64,000 nt of DNA from Roseobacter sp. (GCA_045105195.1 JBGCDG010000040.1:9930-73929); one strand, 5' to 3'; shown: positions 1 through 10,630, numbered from the stretch's first letter. The notes: generated by a model not told the origin, from the sequence alone. Made by a program: numbers and translations.

Positions 1-1
1 G

Positions 2-388
2 CTGTTGCTGCACGACATTGTCGAAATCGACGCCGGTGACAACCCCATCCACGGCGCCGTCGATGCGGCAGCGCAGGACGCTGCAGAAAAAGCGGCGGCC
101 GATCGACTTTTCGGCCTGCTGCCCGAAGATCAAAGAGATACGTTTCGAGTGCTTTGGGACGAGTTTGAAGCCGCACAAAGCCCAGATGCCGTGTTCGCCA
201 AGGCGATTGATCGGGTGCAAACGCCCATTGGCAACCTCGCCAACGGGGGCGGCAGTTGGCGTGACTACAGCGTAACCCTCGCCCAGTTGGAGGCACGCGT
301 AGGCACGCCAGTCAGCAAGGGCACCCCCCGATTGTGGCAATGGCTTCAGCCCAAACTGAGCGCGTTCTTTGAGAAAATGCCGTCCTAA
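2..388 (+). CDS. HD-domain phosphohydrolase (YfbR-like 5'-nucleotidase family), 5' end cut by window edge
   Basis: The reading frame is open to the window edge. The C-terminal 127 aa carry an LLHDIVEIDAGD-type HD metal-binding motif. Stop is TAA at 386-388. Confidence 0.75.
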   Translation: MLLHDIVEIDAGDNPIHGAVDAAAQDAAEKAAADRLFGLLPEDQRDTFRVLWDEFEAAQSPDAVFAKAIDRVQTPIGNLANGGGSWRDYSVTLAQLEARVGTPVSKGTPRLWQWLQPKLSAFFEKMPS

Positions 389-499
389 GCATTAAACAGC
401 ACTTTCTGTATGCAATTGTATACAAAATACTTTCTCCTTTAAGATTTCTGCGCTAAACGGCCCTCAGTCTGTCAAGCGATCCCAGCCACAGGAGCTCCC

Positions 500-1714
500 A
501 TGTCCAAGATCAAAGTTGAACACCCAATTGTCGAACTGGATGGTGATGAAATGACCCGTATCATATGGGATTTCATCAAGAAAAAGCTGATCCTTCCTTA
601 TCTGGATATCGATCTTAAGTATTACGATCTCGGCATGGAATCACGCGATGCGACGGACGATCAAATTACGGTAGATGCAGCCCACGCCATTAAGCAGCAT
701 GGCGTCGGGGTCAAATGCGCCACCATTACCCCCGATGAAGCACGCGTTGAAGAATTCGGCCTGAAAAAGATGTGGCGCTCTCCCAATGGCACCATCCGCA
801 ATATTCTGGGCGGTGTGATTTTTCGCCAACCGATCATCTGTCGCAATGTACCGCGACTGGTTCCGGGCTGGACAAAACCCATCGTCGTCGGTCGCCACGC
901 CTTTGGCGATCAGTATCGCGCGACTGATTTCAAATTCCCCGGCGCGGGCAAGCTGACCCTGAAATTCGTGGGCGAAGACGGTGCAGAGATCGAGCACGAA
1001 GTATTTGATGCGCCCGACAGCGGTGTCGTCATGGCCATGTACAACTTGGACAAATCGATCATCGATTTCGCCCGTGCCTCCTTAAATTATGGTCTCAGCC
1101 TTGGGTGGCCGGTGTATTTATCGACCAAAAACACGATCCTCAAGCAATATGACGGTCGTTTTCTGGAACTTTTCGCTGAAATCTATGAAACCGAGTTCAA
1201 GGAACAATTTGAAGCGGCCGGGATCTGGTACGAACACCGCCTCATCGATGATATGGTCGCCTCGGCGATGAAATGGTCGGGCGGTTATGTCTGGGCCTGC
1301 AAGAATTACGACGGCGATGTGCAATCCGACACCGTGGCCCAAGGGTTTGGTTCTCTGGGGCTAATGGCGTCTGTCCTGATGACACCCGACGGCAAGGTGG
1401 TCGAATCCGAGGCGGCCCATGGCACCGTCACACGCCACTACCGCCAGCACCAGAAGGGCGAGGCAACATCCACCAACTCCATCGCCTCGATCTATGCCTG
1501 GACGGGCGGGTTGAAGCACCGCGCCAAGTTGGATGACAATGCCGCTTTGCTGAACTTTGCGGAAACGCTGGAACAGGTGGTCGTGGACACAGTGGAAAGC
1601 GGCTTTATGACCAAGGACCTCGCTCTGCTTGTCGGGCCAAACCAAGGGTGGCTGACCACGATGGGCTTTTTGGAAAAGGTTGACGAAAACCTCAACAATG
1701 CGCTGGCGGGATAA
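500..1714 (+). CDS. icd: NADP-dependent isocitrate dehydrogenase (dimeric, eukaryote-like type)
   Basis: 404 aa. The N-terminus [21 protein letters not shown] and the full-length similarity pattern are typical of type II IDH. AGGAG lies upstream of the ATG. Confidence 0.95.
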   Translation: MSKIKVEHPIVELDGDEMTRIIWDFIKKKLILPYLDIDLKYYDLGMESRDATDDQITVDAAHAIKQHGVGVKCATITPDEARVEEFGLKKMWRSPNGTIRNILGGVIFRQPIICRNVPRLVPGWTKPIVVGRHAFGDQYRATDFKFPGAGKLTLKFVGEDGAEIEHEVFDAPDSGVVMAMYNLDKSIIDFARASLNYGLSLGWPVYLSTKNTILKQYDGRFLELFAEIYETEFKEQFEAAGIWYEHRLIDDMVASAMKWSGGYVWACKNYDGDVQSDTVAQGFGSLGLMASVLMTPDGKVVESEAAHGTVTRHYRQHQKGEATSTNSIASIYAWTGGLKHRAKLDDNAALLNFAETLEQVVVDTVESGFMTKDLALLVGPNQGWLTTMGFLEKVDENLNNALAG

Positions 1715-1828
1715 CAGTTCAGACAGTGCTGCTTATTTTTGCGGCACGGCTTGGGAAATTCTACTCTCGCGATCGGGCAAGTGACGTCTTTCATAGACAA
1801 TAAGCCGGGCGGGCCCTATCGCGGCGAC

Positions 1829-2443
1829 ATGTCAGCCATATCTTCAGACCCGCGTACACACACGACCATCGAAGATGCTCAAGGGCTGGGGCTCGGTATT
1901 TTCTTTTGCAGCCTCGGCATGCATGTGCTGACGTCCGTAGGTCTGATCACGGGTCAAACGGCGGGCATCGCTGTCATCCTTTCTTACGCGACGGGCTATT
2001 CGTTTGGCCTGACGTTCTTTGTGGTCAACCTGCCCTTTTACATTCTGGCGTATCGGCGTCTTGGGCTGGAATTCACGATCAAATCACTGCTGTCCGTGAC
2101 ATTGATGTCTGTGCTGACCGAAATATTACCGCTTGGCATGACTTTCGATCAGTTGGATCCCGCATTGGGAGCGATTGTCTTTGGCGCTCTGGTGGGCATG
2201 GGCTTGCTCGCAATGTTTCGTCACAACGGGTCCATGGGAGGCTTGGGCGTTGTCGCCTTGCTGATTCAAGACACTACCGGCTTTAAAGCGGGCTGGGTGC
2301 AATTGATCGCAGACGGGGTGATCTTTGCTTTCGCCTATCTCCTTTTCCCAATTCAAACAGTACTTTACTCCTTGCTGGGCGCGTTGGTGCTCAACCTTGT
2401 GATTACTTTCAATCATCGGCGCGACCGCTACATCGCCACCTGA
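1829..2443 (+). CDS. YitT-family integral membrane protein
   Basis: Multi-TM ORF with YitT-like N-terminal helices (GLGIFFCSLGMHVL..GQTAGIAVIL). The longest ORF starts at 1739; I prefer the internal ATG at 1829 (MSAISS). Confidence 0.7.
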   Translation: MSAISSDPRTHTTIEDAQGLGLGIFFCSLGMHVLTSVGLITGQTAGIAVILSYATGYSFGLTFFVVNLPFYILAYRRLGLEFTIKSLLSVTLMSVLTEILPLGMTFDQLDPALGAIVFGALVGMGLLAMFRHNGSMGGLGVVALLIQDTTGFKAGWVQLIADGVIFAFAYLLFPIQTVLYSLLGALVLNLVITFNHRRDRYIAT

Positions 2444-2936
2444 ACTGTAAAACCGGTACGTGCCGCACTCTTCGGTACCGGCGGGGGCTGCGCGGATAAA
2501 GCCCGTTTGAGTGCAGAGCGGGCCACAAGAACAAGGTCGCCACACAAACGACCACCAATGGCAGCGACAGTTTGAAAATTGAAAATGCGTGCATCGTAGT
2601 GCCTTCAGACCCGGCAAACAGGCCAGCAGCCTGTCCAGAGAACCCCTCGGATCGAAAGCGCAGCAATAATCTGTCTTTCCCATCAGAGAGCATTGGAAAA
2701 CCAGGGCCAGGGGCAAGAAGAGTTTCGGAAGAGGCACCACGAAGGGCATCTGCGTTATCACCTGCCAACACCATCTGTGCCCACCCAAAAGCAGCCCGTG
2801 ACATTTGCAGAAAATCAATGCTGTGCACCTGACCATCCGCCTGTGATACCTGCGACAACGCAATGCGATCATCAACGGTCGCGGCATATAACGGTACGGC
2901 GGCCACAAGAGCCGCCAAAATAGAGAACAATCGCAA
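2409..2936 (-). CDS. hypothetical exported/membrane-anchored protein
   Basis: N-terminal signal peptide (MRLFSILAALVAAVPLYAA) and a hydrophobic helix near the C-terminus. The last ~40 codons are Arg-rich, overlap the convergent YitT gene by 35 nt and contain a terminator-like hairpin, so the 3' end is doubtful. Confidence 0.4.
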   Translation of the reverse strand: MRLFSILAALVAAVPLYAATVDDRIALSQVSQADGQVHSIDFLQMSRAAFGWAQMVLAGDNADALRGASSETLLAPGPGFPMLSDGKDRLLLRFRSEGFSGQAAGLFAGSEGTTMHAFSIFKLSLPLVVVCVATLFLWPALHSNGLYPRSPRRYRRVRHVPVLQFRWRCSGRADD

Positions 2937-3056
2937 AGGGCGAAAACCTTACTTCTGGTTTACTCCCACATCCCGCTGGTCACGCTGTATTGCAAAAATG
3001 TATGAAAGCTTAAACGATTGTCCTATCGATAGAATTTTAGGCTTTTTCTAAACCTG

Positions 3057-3272
3057 TCATCCCCTGTTGTGCGTCCGTTCGTAAAGGCGCGCGACAATTT
3101 TGCTCGCTGTTTTTTCAAAAAGACAGGGGATTATGGCGTGGATCAACGCCGCGCCTGCGGCTGCAAACAAAAGCCCCGAGAACCGCAGCGCAAATGCCAT
3201 GTGCTGCAAAAAGGTCTCATCGACTGTCGCTGGGTGGCTGAGGAATATGCGCTGTATCATCTCGTTCTCCAT
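3057..3272 (-). CDS. small conserved membrane protein (DUF6356-like)
   Basis: 71 aa with motifs FLSHPATV..ETF.QHM.FAL.F and a hydrophobic LLFAAAGAALIHAIIP helix. The family assignment is from memory only. Confidence 0.5.
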   Translation of the reverse strand: MENEMIQRIFLSHPATVDETFLQHMAFALRFSGLLFAAAGAALIHAIIPCLFEKTASKIVARLYERTHNRG

Positions 3273-3374
3273 CTGATTGAGACAAATGTAATCGCTGCAT
3301 TCGTGTAATACTTCCCAAAATTGCGTGTTACTACTATAATTGGATAATACATTCCCAATGTAATTGGATTTCGT

Positions 3375-3830
3375 GTGAAATTGGACGACATCGATAAAAA
3401 GCTACTAGATCTGGCCCAAGAAGATTCGGCCCTGCCGCTGGATGCGATCAGTGAACTAGTCCACCTGAGCCGCAATGCATGTTGGCGACGTTTGCGAAAT
3501 TTGGAAGCCGCAGGGTACATCAAGCGCCGCGTTGCACTGCTAGATCCCGAAAAGCTTGATTTGGGCCTGAGCGTTTTTATCATGCTGCGCAGTTCCGATC
3601 ATTCGCCAGAGTGGCAGGAGACACTGCGCGCGGCGACACAGGGCATGCCCGAAATCCTCGGCGTCCACCGCATGACTGGAGAGCTGGATTACTTGATCCG
3701 TGCCCGCGTTGCGCATATGGCCGATTATGACAGACTCTATCAATCGTTGATCCGGCGCGTTGCGCTCTCGGATGTTTCCGCCAGTTTCGTCATGGAAGAC
3801 ATCAAGGACACGCATCGTTTGCCCTTGTGA
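3375..3830 (+). CDS. Lrp/AsnC family transcriptional regulator
   Basis: 151 aa with a GTG start. The N-terminal HTH (LDDIDKKLLDLAQEDSALPLDAISELVHLSRNACWRRLRNLEAAGYI) is followed by an RAM/AsnC_trans_reg domain. Confidence 0.85.
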   Translation: MKLDDIDKKLLDLAQEDSALPLDAISELVHLSRNACWRRLRNLEAAGYIKRRVALLDPEKLDLGLSVFIMLRSSDHSPEWQETLRAATQGMPEILGVHRMTGELDYLIRARVAHMADYDRLYQSLIRRVALSDVSASFVMEDIKDTHRLPL

Positions 3831-3848
3831 CGCAAGAAAGCACTGACC

Positions 3849-4184
3849 ATGCCCCTGCACTATCTTTATCTTACCCTTGCGATCCTAACGGAAACCATCG
3901 GGACAACTGCGCTGCAAGCCAGCCAACAATTTACCCGTACCGGCCCCTCCTTACTCGTGGTGGTCGCCTATGGCATCTCGTTCTACCTGCTGGCTTTGAC
4001 GCTGAAGTACATGCCCGTGGGTGTCGTCTATGCCATCTGGTCAGGTCTTGGGATTGTGTTTATCGCCGCCATTGGATTTGTGGTGTTTGGACAAAAGCTG
4101 GACCTGCCCGCAGTGATTGGGCTTGCCCTGATTGTATCCGGGATCCTGGTGATTCACCTTCTGTCTAATTCCACCCAGCATTAA
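3849..4184 (+). CDS. SMR-family small multidrug efflux protein (EmrE/QacE-like)
   Basis: 111 aa with four TM helices. A conserved Glu lies in TM1 (LAILTETIGTTAL) and there is a YAIWSGLG motif. Confidence 0.85.
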   Translation: MPLHYLYLTLAILTETIGTTALQASQQFTRTGPSLLVVVAYGISFYLLALTLKYMPVGVVYAIWSGLGIVFIAAIGFVVFGQKLDLPAVIGLALIVSGILVIHLLSNSTQH

Positions 4185-4286
4185 GACTGGAGCAGATTAG
4201 CTCTGGCTTTCGCGGGGATCGCACGGTATGCGCCCTGCAACAGCGCTGCACTGCGGCGTCGAACGTATACGGAAAGAGGCGCTCCC

Positions 4287-6104
4287 ATGGACTTGCGTAA
4301 CATTGCCATTATTGCTCACGTCGATCACGGCAAAACCACACTGGTGGACGAATTGCTGAAGCAATCCGGCACCTATCGGGAAAACCAGGCCACGACGGAA
4401 CGGGCGATGGACAGCAATGACCTCGAACGCGAGCGCGGGATCACTATTCTTGCAAAAGCGACCTCCGTGGAATGGGACGGCACACGGATCAATATCGTCG
4501 ACACACCCGGTCACGCGGATTTTGGCGGTGAAGTCGAACGGATCCTGTCCATGGTGGATGGTGTCGTTCTGTTGGTAGATGCTGCAGAAGGGCCGATGCC
4601 GCAGACAAAGTTCGTAACATCCAAGGCGCTGGCCCTAGGGCTGCGTCCGATTGTGGTGCTGAACAAGGTCGACAAGCCGGATGGGGAACCGGACCGTGCG
4701 CTGGATGAGTGCTTTGACCTCTTCGCAAATCTTGGCGCTGATGACGATCAGCTGGATTTCCCGGCGATGTACGCCTCCGGTCGGAATGGCTGGGCGGATA
4801 TGGAACTGGATGGCCCGCGCGAGGATCTCTCTGCGCTGTTTGATCTGATCGTGAAACATGTCCCTGCCCCCGCTCAGCTTGAGCAACGCGAAGCGCCTTT
4901 CCGAATGTTGGCAACAACTCTTGGCGCGGACCCCTTTATCGGTCGGATTCTGACCGGTCGCGTTGAATCCGGAACCTTAAAGGCAGGTGAAACCGTCAAG
5001 GCGCTAAGCCGGGACGGCGCACAAATCGAGAGCTTTCGCGTGACCAAAGTGCTGGCCTTTCGCGGCCTGACACAGCAACCCATCGATCTGGCCGAAGCGG
5101 GCGACATTGTGAGCCTCGCCGGCATGTCCAAGGCCACGGTTGCGGATAGTATCGTCGCGCCACAAGTGACCGAAGCGCTGCCCGCACAGCCAATCGATCC
5201 GCCAACGATCACTGTGACCTTCGGGATCAATGACAGCCCGCTTGCCGGGCGTGATGGCAAGAAGGTGCAAAGCCGCGTCATCCGCGAACGCCTGATGAAA
5301 GAAGCAGAAAGCAACGTTGCAATCAAAATTACCGACACACCCGGAGGCGAAGCCTTTGAAGTGGCTGGTCGAGGCGAATTGCAGATGGGTGTTTTGATCG
5401 AAAACATGCGCCGCGAGGGTTTTGAGCTCTCGATTTCTCGTCCGCAGGTTCTGTTTCGCGATATCGATGGTGCTCGCCACGAACCAATCGAAGAGGCAAC
5501 GATCGACGTGGATGACGAATATTCCGGCGCAGTGATCGAAAAAATCACCGGCACGCGCCGCGGCGAATTGGTTGAGATGAAACCTGCAGGCGCTGGCAAA
5601 ACACGTATAGTGGCCCACGTGCCGTCACGCGGGTTGATCGGGTATCACGGTGAATTTTTGACCGATACGCGTGGCACAGGCGTATTGAACCGCGTCTTTC
5701 ACGGCTGGGCGCCGCACAAAGGACCCATCCCAGGGCGCCGCGCAGGTGTTCTGATCTCTATGGAGAACGGCACCTCAGTGGCCTATGCGCTCTGGAATCT
5801 CGAAGAACGTGGCAAGATGATGATCGGCGCTCAGGCTGATGTCTACACCGGCATGATCATCGGCGAACACAGCCGAGAGAATGATCTGGAGGTCAACCCG
5901 TTGAAGGGCAAGAAACTGACCAACGTGCGAGCATCAGGAACAGACGAAGCCGTGCGTCTAACAACGCCAATCCAGCTGAGCCTCGAAGAAGCCATTGCCT
6001 ATATCGACGACGATGAGCTTGTCGAAGTGACGCCAAATGCTGTCCGGTTACGCAAGCGCTACCTTGATCCACACGAACGCAAGCGCATGGCGCGCGCCAG
6101 CTGA
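4287..6104 (+). CDS. typA: translational GTPase TypA/BipA
   Basis: 605 aa with G1-G4 motifs ([21 protein letters not shown]). The full-length architecture is BipA-like. Confidence 0.95.
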   Translation: MDLRNIAIIAHVDHGKTTLVDELLKQSGTYRENQATTERAMDSNDLERERGITILAKATSVEWDGTRINIVDTPGHADFGGEVERILSMVDGVVLLVDAAEGPMPQTKFVTSKALALGLRPIVVLNKVDKPDGEPDRALDECFDLFANLGADDDQLDFPAMYASGRNGWADMELDGPREDLSALFDLIVKHVPAPAQLEQREAPFRMLATTLGADPFIGRILTGRVESGTLKAGETVKALSRDGAQIESFRVTKVLAFRGLTQQPIDLAEAGDIVSLAGMSKATVADSIVAPQVTEALPAQPIDPPTITVTFGINDSPLAGRDGKKVQSRVIRERLMKEAESNVAIKITDTPGGEAFEVAGRGELQMGVLIENMRREGFELSISRPQVLFRDIDGARHEPIEEATIDVDDEYSGAVIEKITGTRRGELVEMKPAGAGKTRIVAHVPSRGLIGYHGEFLTDTRGTGVLNRVFHGWAPHKGPIPGRRAGVLISMENGTSVAYALWNLEERGKMMIGAQADVYTGMIIGEHSRENDLEVNPLKGKKLTNVRASGTDEAVRLTTPIQLSLEEAIAYIDDDELVEVTPNAVRLRKRYLDPHERKRMARAS

Positions 6105-6105
6105 G

Positions 6106-6393
6106 CTATTCGTCGGTTTCGATGATCATCAATTCACGTTCGGACGCGTTTCGAGCGTGGCTTAAAGCGCGCTGATATACTTCTGAATTATAACATTTTT
6201 CAGCGGTTTCGACATCCGGAAAACGTGCCACGACATTGCGTGGACGCGCGCGCCCTTCGAGCTGTACAAACCGCCCTCCGCGCGCAATGAAATGCCCGCC
6301 ATGTGCCGAGATGGCCTCAGTTGCGAGGGCTGCATACTTTGCGTAAGCTTCATCGTCCGTGACGGTCACATGTGCAATCCAGAGTGCGCTCAT
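6106..6393 (-). CDS. DUF1330 domain-containing protein
   Basis: 95 aa with the typical DUF1330 pattern ([15 protein letters not shown]...GGRF..RGG...LEG). Its ATG overlaps the alaS stop (ATGA). Confidence 0.8.
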   Translation of the reverse strand: MSALWIAHVTVTDDEAYAKYAALATEAISAHGGHFIARGGRFVQLEGRARPRNVVARFPDVETAEKCYNSEVYQRALSHARNASERELMIIETDE

Positions 6394-9056
6394 CGGTTCA
6401 ATCCTTTCAAAATGTCCTCTGCAGCTGCAATCGCAGCATCTGCCGCACTGGCGTCCTTGGCGCCGCCTTGTGCCATGTCAGGTCGCCCTCCGCCCCCTTT
6501 GCCACCCATCGCGCCGACGGCCGCTTTGACGATATCCACCGCTGAAACGGCCTGAGTAAGGTCATTGCTCACGCCCGCAGCAACCGCAGCTTTGCCATCA
6601 GATTCCGCGATCAACAAAACTACTCCACTGCCCATCTTTTCCTTGAACTGATCAATCAGTGACGGCAGGTCGCGCCCAGTCACACCGGAAAGAACTTGCG
6701 CCATAAACGGCGTACCCGCGACATCCTGAACCTCGGGTGTGGCCTGACCACCGCCGCCGGCCATGGCCAATTCGCGGCGCAGTTGGGCTACTTCATTGGA
6801 GAGCGCGCGGCGTTCTTCCATCAACGCACGCACGCGATCCGGCACCTCTGCGGGTTGGGCTTTAAGGTCCAGCGCCACCTCTGCAAGGCGATTATCTTGT
6901 GCACGCAGATACGACATCGCAGCAGCCCCGGTAAGCGCTTCAATGCGGCGCACGCCCGCACTGCTGGCGCTATCGCCCAGCATCACAAAAGCGCCAATGT
7001 CGCCGGTTTGTCGCACATGCGTCCCACCGCAAAGCTCCAGCGAGTATGTCTCACCGCCCGTTCCTTTGCCTGACCCCGCCTTGTGACCCATCGAGACCAC
7101 CCGCACCTCATCGCCGTACTTCTCGCCAAACAGGGCTTGCGCGCCCAAAGCACGGGCGTCATCAGGCGTCATAATGCGGGTCTCCACAGGGCCATTCTGG
7201 CGGATAAAGGCGTTGACCTCCGCTTCGACGGTGTTCAATTGCTCCAACGTCAGCGCTTGGGTGTGACTGAAGTCGAACCGCAAACGATCTTGAGCATTAA
7301 GAGAACCCCGTTGCGCCACGTGATCCCCTAAGGATTCGCGCAGGGCTTCATGCAACAAATGCGTCGCGGAGTGATTAGCCTGAATGGCCGCGCGACGGTT
7401 CTGATCCACGTTTAAAACGACCGCATCACGCAAGGCGATACGGCCCTCCGTGACAGTTGCCACATGGACGTAAACGCCGGCCGTTCTACGACAATCCGTG
7501 ATCTCTGCAGACCCAGACGCTGAGGCCAATGTACCGCGATCCCCCACCTGACCACCACTTTCAGCGTAAAAAGGTGTCTGGTTAAGCGCGATATGCACTT
7601 CGCCGCCCGCCGAGACCTCGTTCACTGCGGCACCACCTTGGATCAACGCCACAATCTGGCCTTCGGCGGTTTGCGTATCATACCCCAAGAAATCGGTCGC
7701 GCCTTCCTTATCGGCCACATCAAACCAAACCGTGGAATCGGCCGCCTCTCCGGACCCTGCCCAAGCCGCGCGAGCTTTGGCTTTCTGCTCTGCCATGGAC
7801 GTCTCGAAACCTTCGATGTCTACCCCTCGGCCCTTTTCACGCAATGCATCCTGCGTCAAATCAAGCGGGAACCCATAGGTGTCGTACAACTTGAACGCAG
7901 CAGTACCCGGCAGATCGACGCCGTCAGCTAAACCGCTGATTTCCTCATCTAAAAGCTTCAACCCACGATCAAGCGTCTGCTTAAAGCGCGTTTCTTCCTG
8001 TAATAGCGTCTGTTCGATCATGCTTTGCGCCTGTCCGAGTTCCGGATAGGCCGCCCCCATCTGACGCACAAGAGCAGGTACAAGACGATGCATTAGCGGG
8101 TCTTTTGTGCCTAGCAAGTGCGCATGACGCATGGCGCGGCGCATGATCCGGCGTAAAACATAGCCGCGCCCATCATTGGCTGGCATGACACCATCAGCCA
8201 TTAGGAAGGACGTAGAGCGCAGGTGATCTGCAATCACACGGTGATGCGTGGCTCCGGGGCCGTCCGGATGCGTGCTGGTGGCATCTGCCGACGCCTCGAT
8301 CAGATTGCGCATCAGATCCGTGGCGTAGTTGTCATTCGTGCCTTGCAACAATGCGGCGACCCGCTCAATGCCCATGCCAGTGTCGATGGACTGTGCCGAA
8401 AGATCGCGACGCGTGCCGTCTTCGAATTGCTCGTATTGCATGAAAACGAGGTTCCAGATCTCGACGAAACGGTCGCCGTCTTCCTCCGGCGAGCCCGGAG
8501 GTCCACCCCAGATGTGATCGCCGTGATCATAAAAGATTTCGGTACACGGACCACAGGGACCGGTTGGACCCATCATCCAGAAGTTGTCATTCGTCGCGAT
8601 GCGAATGATCCGATCTGCTGGCACGCCGACCTTTTTCCAGATTTCCGCCGCCTCATCGTCGGTGTGATAGATCGTGACGTAGAGACGCGATTTATCAATC
8701 CCCAGTTCCCGTGTGATCAGATTCCAGGCAAAAGGGATGGCGTCTTCTTTGAAGTAATCGCCAAAGCTGAAATTGCCGAGCATCTCGAAAAACGTATGGT
8801 GACGCGCAGTATAGCCGACGTTGTCGAGATCATTGTGCTTACCGCCCGCCCGAACGCATTTTTGCGCCGTGGTCGCCCGTTTGTAGGCGCGATTTTCCAC
8901 GCCAGTGAAAAGGTTCTTGAACTGCACCATACCAGAGTTCGCAAACATTAGCGTCGGATCGTTTCGGGGCACCAGCGGACTGGAGGACACGACCTCATGC
9001 CCCTCTTTGGCAAAATAAGACAAGAAAGTGGAGCGGATATCATTCAGCGTTTGCAT
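6390..9056 (-). CDS. alaS: alanine--tRNA ligase
   Basis: 888 aa with class II aaRS motifs, an editing domain (HSATHLLH) and a C-terminal DHHA1-like domain. Confidence 0.97.
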   Translation of the reverse strand: MQTLNDIRSTFLSYFAKEGHEVVSSSPLVPRNDPTLMFANSGMVQFKNLFTGVENRAYKRATTAQKCVRAGGKHNDLDNVGYTARHHTFFEMLGNFSFGDYFKEDAIPFAWNLITRELGIDKSRLYVTIYHTDDEAAEIWKKVGVPADRIIRIATNDNFWMMGPTGPCGPCTEIFYDHGDHIWGGPPGSPEEDGDRFVEIWNLVFMQYEQFEDGTRRDLSAQSIDTGMGIERVAALLQGTNDNYATDLMRNLIEASADATSTHPDGPGATHHRVIADHLRSTSFLMADGVMPANDGRGYVLRRIMRRAMRHAHLLGTKDPLMHRLVPALVRQMGAAYPELGQAQSMIEQTLLQEETRFKQTLDRGLKLLDEEISGLADGVDLPGTAAFKLYDTYGFPLDLTQDALREKGRGVDIEGFETSMAEQKAKARAAWAGSGEAADSTVWFDVADKEGATDFLGYDTQTAEGQIVALIQGGAAVNEVSAGGEVHIALNQTPFYAESGGQVGDRGTLASASGSAEITDCRRTAGVYVHVATVTEGRIALRDAVVLNVDQNRRAAIQANHSATHLLHEALRESLGDHVAQRGSLNAQDRLRFDFSHTQALTLEQLNTVEAEVNAFIRQNGPVETRIMTPDDARALGAQALFGEKYGDEVRVVSMGHKAGSGKGTGGETYSLELCGGTHVRQTGDIGAFVMLGDSASSAGVRRIEALTGAAAMSYLRAQDNRLAEVALDLKAQPAEVPDRVRALMEERRALSNEVAQLRRELAMAGGGGQATPEVQDVAGTPFMAQVLSGVTGRDLPSLIDQFKEKMGSGVVLLIAESDGKAAVAAGVSNDLTQAVSAVDIVKAAVGAMGGKGGGGRPDMAQGGAKDASAADAAIAAAEDILKGLNR

Positions 9057-9205
9057 GGGAGCGGCTTTCAGGCGAGATCATTCAGTTCCCGATCAAATAC
9101 CCCCCGCGATGGCGGCTGTCCACAAGCTGCATGGCAATTAACAGCAAACGGGGCGCATTCCATGAACACGCCCCGCAATTAATACCGATTTTCTGACGTC
9201 GCTCC

Positions 9206-10285
9206 TCAGGCTTCGAGAATATCGTCGCCCTTAGTCTTTTCACTCTCGGGCATGTCAAAGTCCAACCCGTGTGCTGCGCGTATCTTGTCTTCGATATCAA
9301 GAGCAATGGCGCTGTTTTCCCGCAAGAATCCTTTTGCATTCTCGCGACCCTGGCCAATGCGTTCATCACCATAGCTGAACCAAGAACCGGATTTATCGAC
9401 CACACCTGCCGCAACGCCCAGATCCAACAGTTCACCCATTTTAGAAATGCCTTCGCCATACATGATGTCGAATTCTACCTGCTTGAAGGGGGCCGCGACT
9501 TTGTTTTTGACGACTTTTACGCGCGTGTGGTTGCCCACAACTTCGTCGCGGTCCTTCAAAGCGCCAATGCGACGGATGTCCAGACGCACTGAGGAATAGA
9601 ACTTCAGCGCATTCCCGCCCGTTGTGGTTTCTGGCGAGCCAAACATCACACCGATTTTCATCCGGATCTGGTTAATAAAGATCACCATGCAATTCGAACG
9701 CGCGATGGAGCCGGTAAGCTTGCGCATAGCTTGGCTCATGAGGCGCGCCTGAACACCGACAGAGCTGTCGCCCATGTCGCCTTCAAGCTCGGATTTCGGC
9801 GTCAGTGCGGCCACAGAATCGACGATAACCATATTCACTGCGCCGGATCGCACCAGCGTATCGGTGATTTCCAAAGCCTGCTCGCCAGTGTCTGGCTGGC
9901 TGATCAGCAATTCGTCCAGATCGACGCCCAATTTCTTGGCATATGAGGGATCCAGCGCGTGCTCTGCATCCACAAACGCGCAGACGCCACCGGACTTTTG
10001 CTGCTCCGCGACACAATGAAGCGTCAGCGTTGTTTTTCCGGAGCTTTCAGGGCCATAGATTTCAACGATGCGACCCATAGGCAGACCCCCTATGCCCAGA
10101 GCGATATCCAAACCCAGCGATCCGGTTGAACTGGATTTGATGTCCTGAACGGCGCCTTCCTTCCCCAGCTTCATGATGGAGCCTTTGCCGAACTGGCGTT
10201 CAATTTGCGCCAGCGCAGAATCGAGCGCTTTTTGTTTGTCTGAGGATGCTTTGCTGTTCATGCTGAGTAAATCTGCCGTTTTCAT
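9206..10285 (-). CDS. recA: recombinase RecA
   Basis: 359 aa with Walker [10 protein letters not shown] and conserved L1/L2 regions. An AAGAGGAA Shine-Dalgarno lies about 7 nt upstream of the ATG at 10285. Confidence 0.97.
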   Translation of the reverse strand: MKTADLLSMNSKASSDKQKALDSALAQIERQFGKGSIMKLGKEGAVQDIKSSSTGSLGLDIALGIGGLPMGRIVEIYGPESSGKTTLTLHCVAEQQKSGGVCAFVDAEHALDPSYAKKLGVDLDELLISQPDTGEQALEITDTLVRSGAVNMVIVDSVAALTPKSELEGDMGDSSVGVQARLMSQAMRKLTGSIARSNCMVIFINQIRMKIGVMFGSPETTTGGNALKFYSSVRLDIRRIGALKDRDEVVGNHTRVKVVKNKVAAPFKQVEFDIMYGEGISKMGELLDLGVAAGVVDKSGSWFSYGDERIGQGRENAKGFLRENSAIALDIEDKIRAAHGLDFDMPESEKTKGDDILEA

Positions 10286-10351
10286 TTTTGTTTCCTCTTA
10301 CTGTCACAGATCGTTTCGTCGGGCAATCATTGCCAGTCAATCCGTGCAAAT

Positions 10352-10366
10352 GTTCTTATTACGTTC
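10352..10366 (-). promoter_or_regulatory. alphaproteobacterial LexA (SOS) box, GTTC-N7-GTTC (GAAC-N7-GAAC on the recA strand)
   Basis: gttcTTATTACgttc lies 67 nt upstream of the recA start codon. It matches the direct-repeat SOS operator described for Rhodobacter/Rhizobium recA. Confidence 0.65.
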
Positions 10367-10503
10367 TCACTAGGACTAAAAAGAGAACATTTCAATCAAA
10401 ATTTCGTAAAACTATCTTTTTCCAAAACCAGTTAAAGACTGGTTTAAGGACGAATGGTTGTTCTCTACTTTTTTGAGGCGTCTTACTGGGAAAGCGCCAC
10501 GCT

Positions 10504-10536
10504 GCATTACTCTGCTGCATGAGAGTGCTTTTTTTT
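10504..10536 (+). terminator. plus-strand intrinsic-terminator-like hairpin + T8 in the recA/cckA spacer
   Basis: The stem is about ACTCT/AGAGT plus flanking pairs (gcattactct gctgcatg agagtgc), followed by tttttttt. No annotated plus-strand gene lies upstream. Confidence 0.4.
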
Positions 10537-10630
10537 GGTGTAAGAAATAAACATAATGCATTGATAAATAAATTTTTCCTCACCCAATATTCTGCCGAAA
10601 GCCGGCGTAACTTTGTCGCGATCCAGCGTC

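Noticed and set aside
4874-5599. Long antisense or alternative-frame ORFs throughout the track, for example 4874-5599(-), 8223-8951(+), 14287-15057(+), 24451-25158(+), 26273-26902(-), 38788-39420(-), 50394-51254(+), 53489-54334(-), 54614-55237(-), 57985-58683(-) and 62787-63434(+).
   Set aside because: Each lies fully inside a confidently identified gene on the other strand or frame. They have Arg/Pro/Ser/Ala-rich low-complexity composition typical of shadow ORFs in GC-rich DNA, and they lack recognisable motifs or SD sequences.
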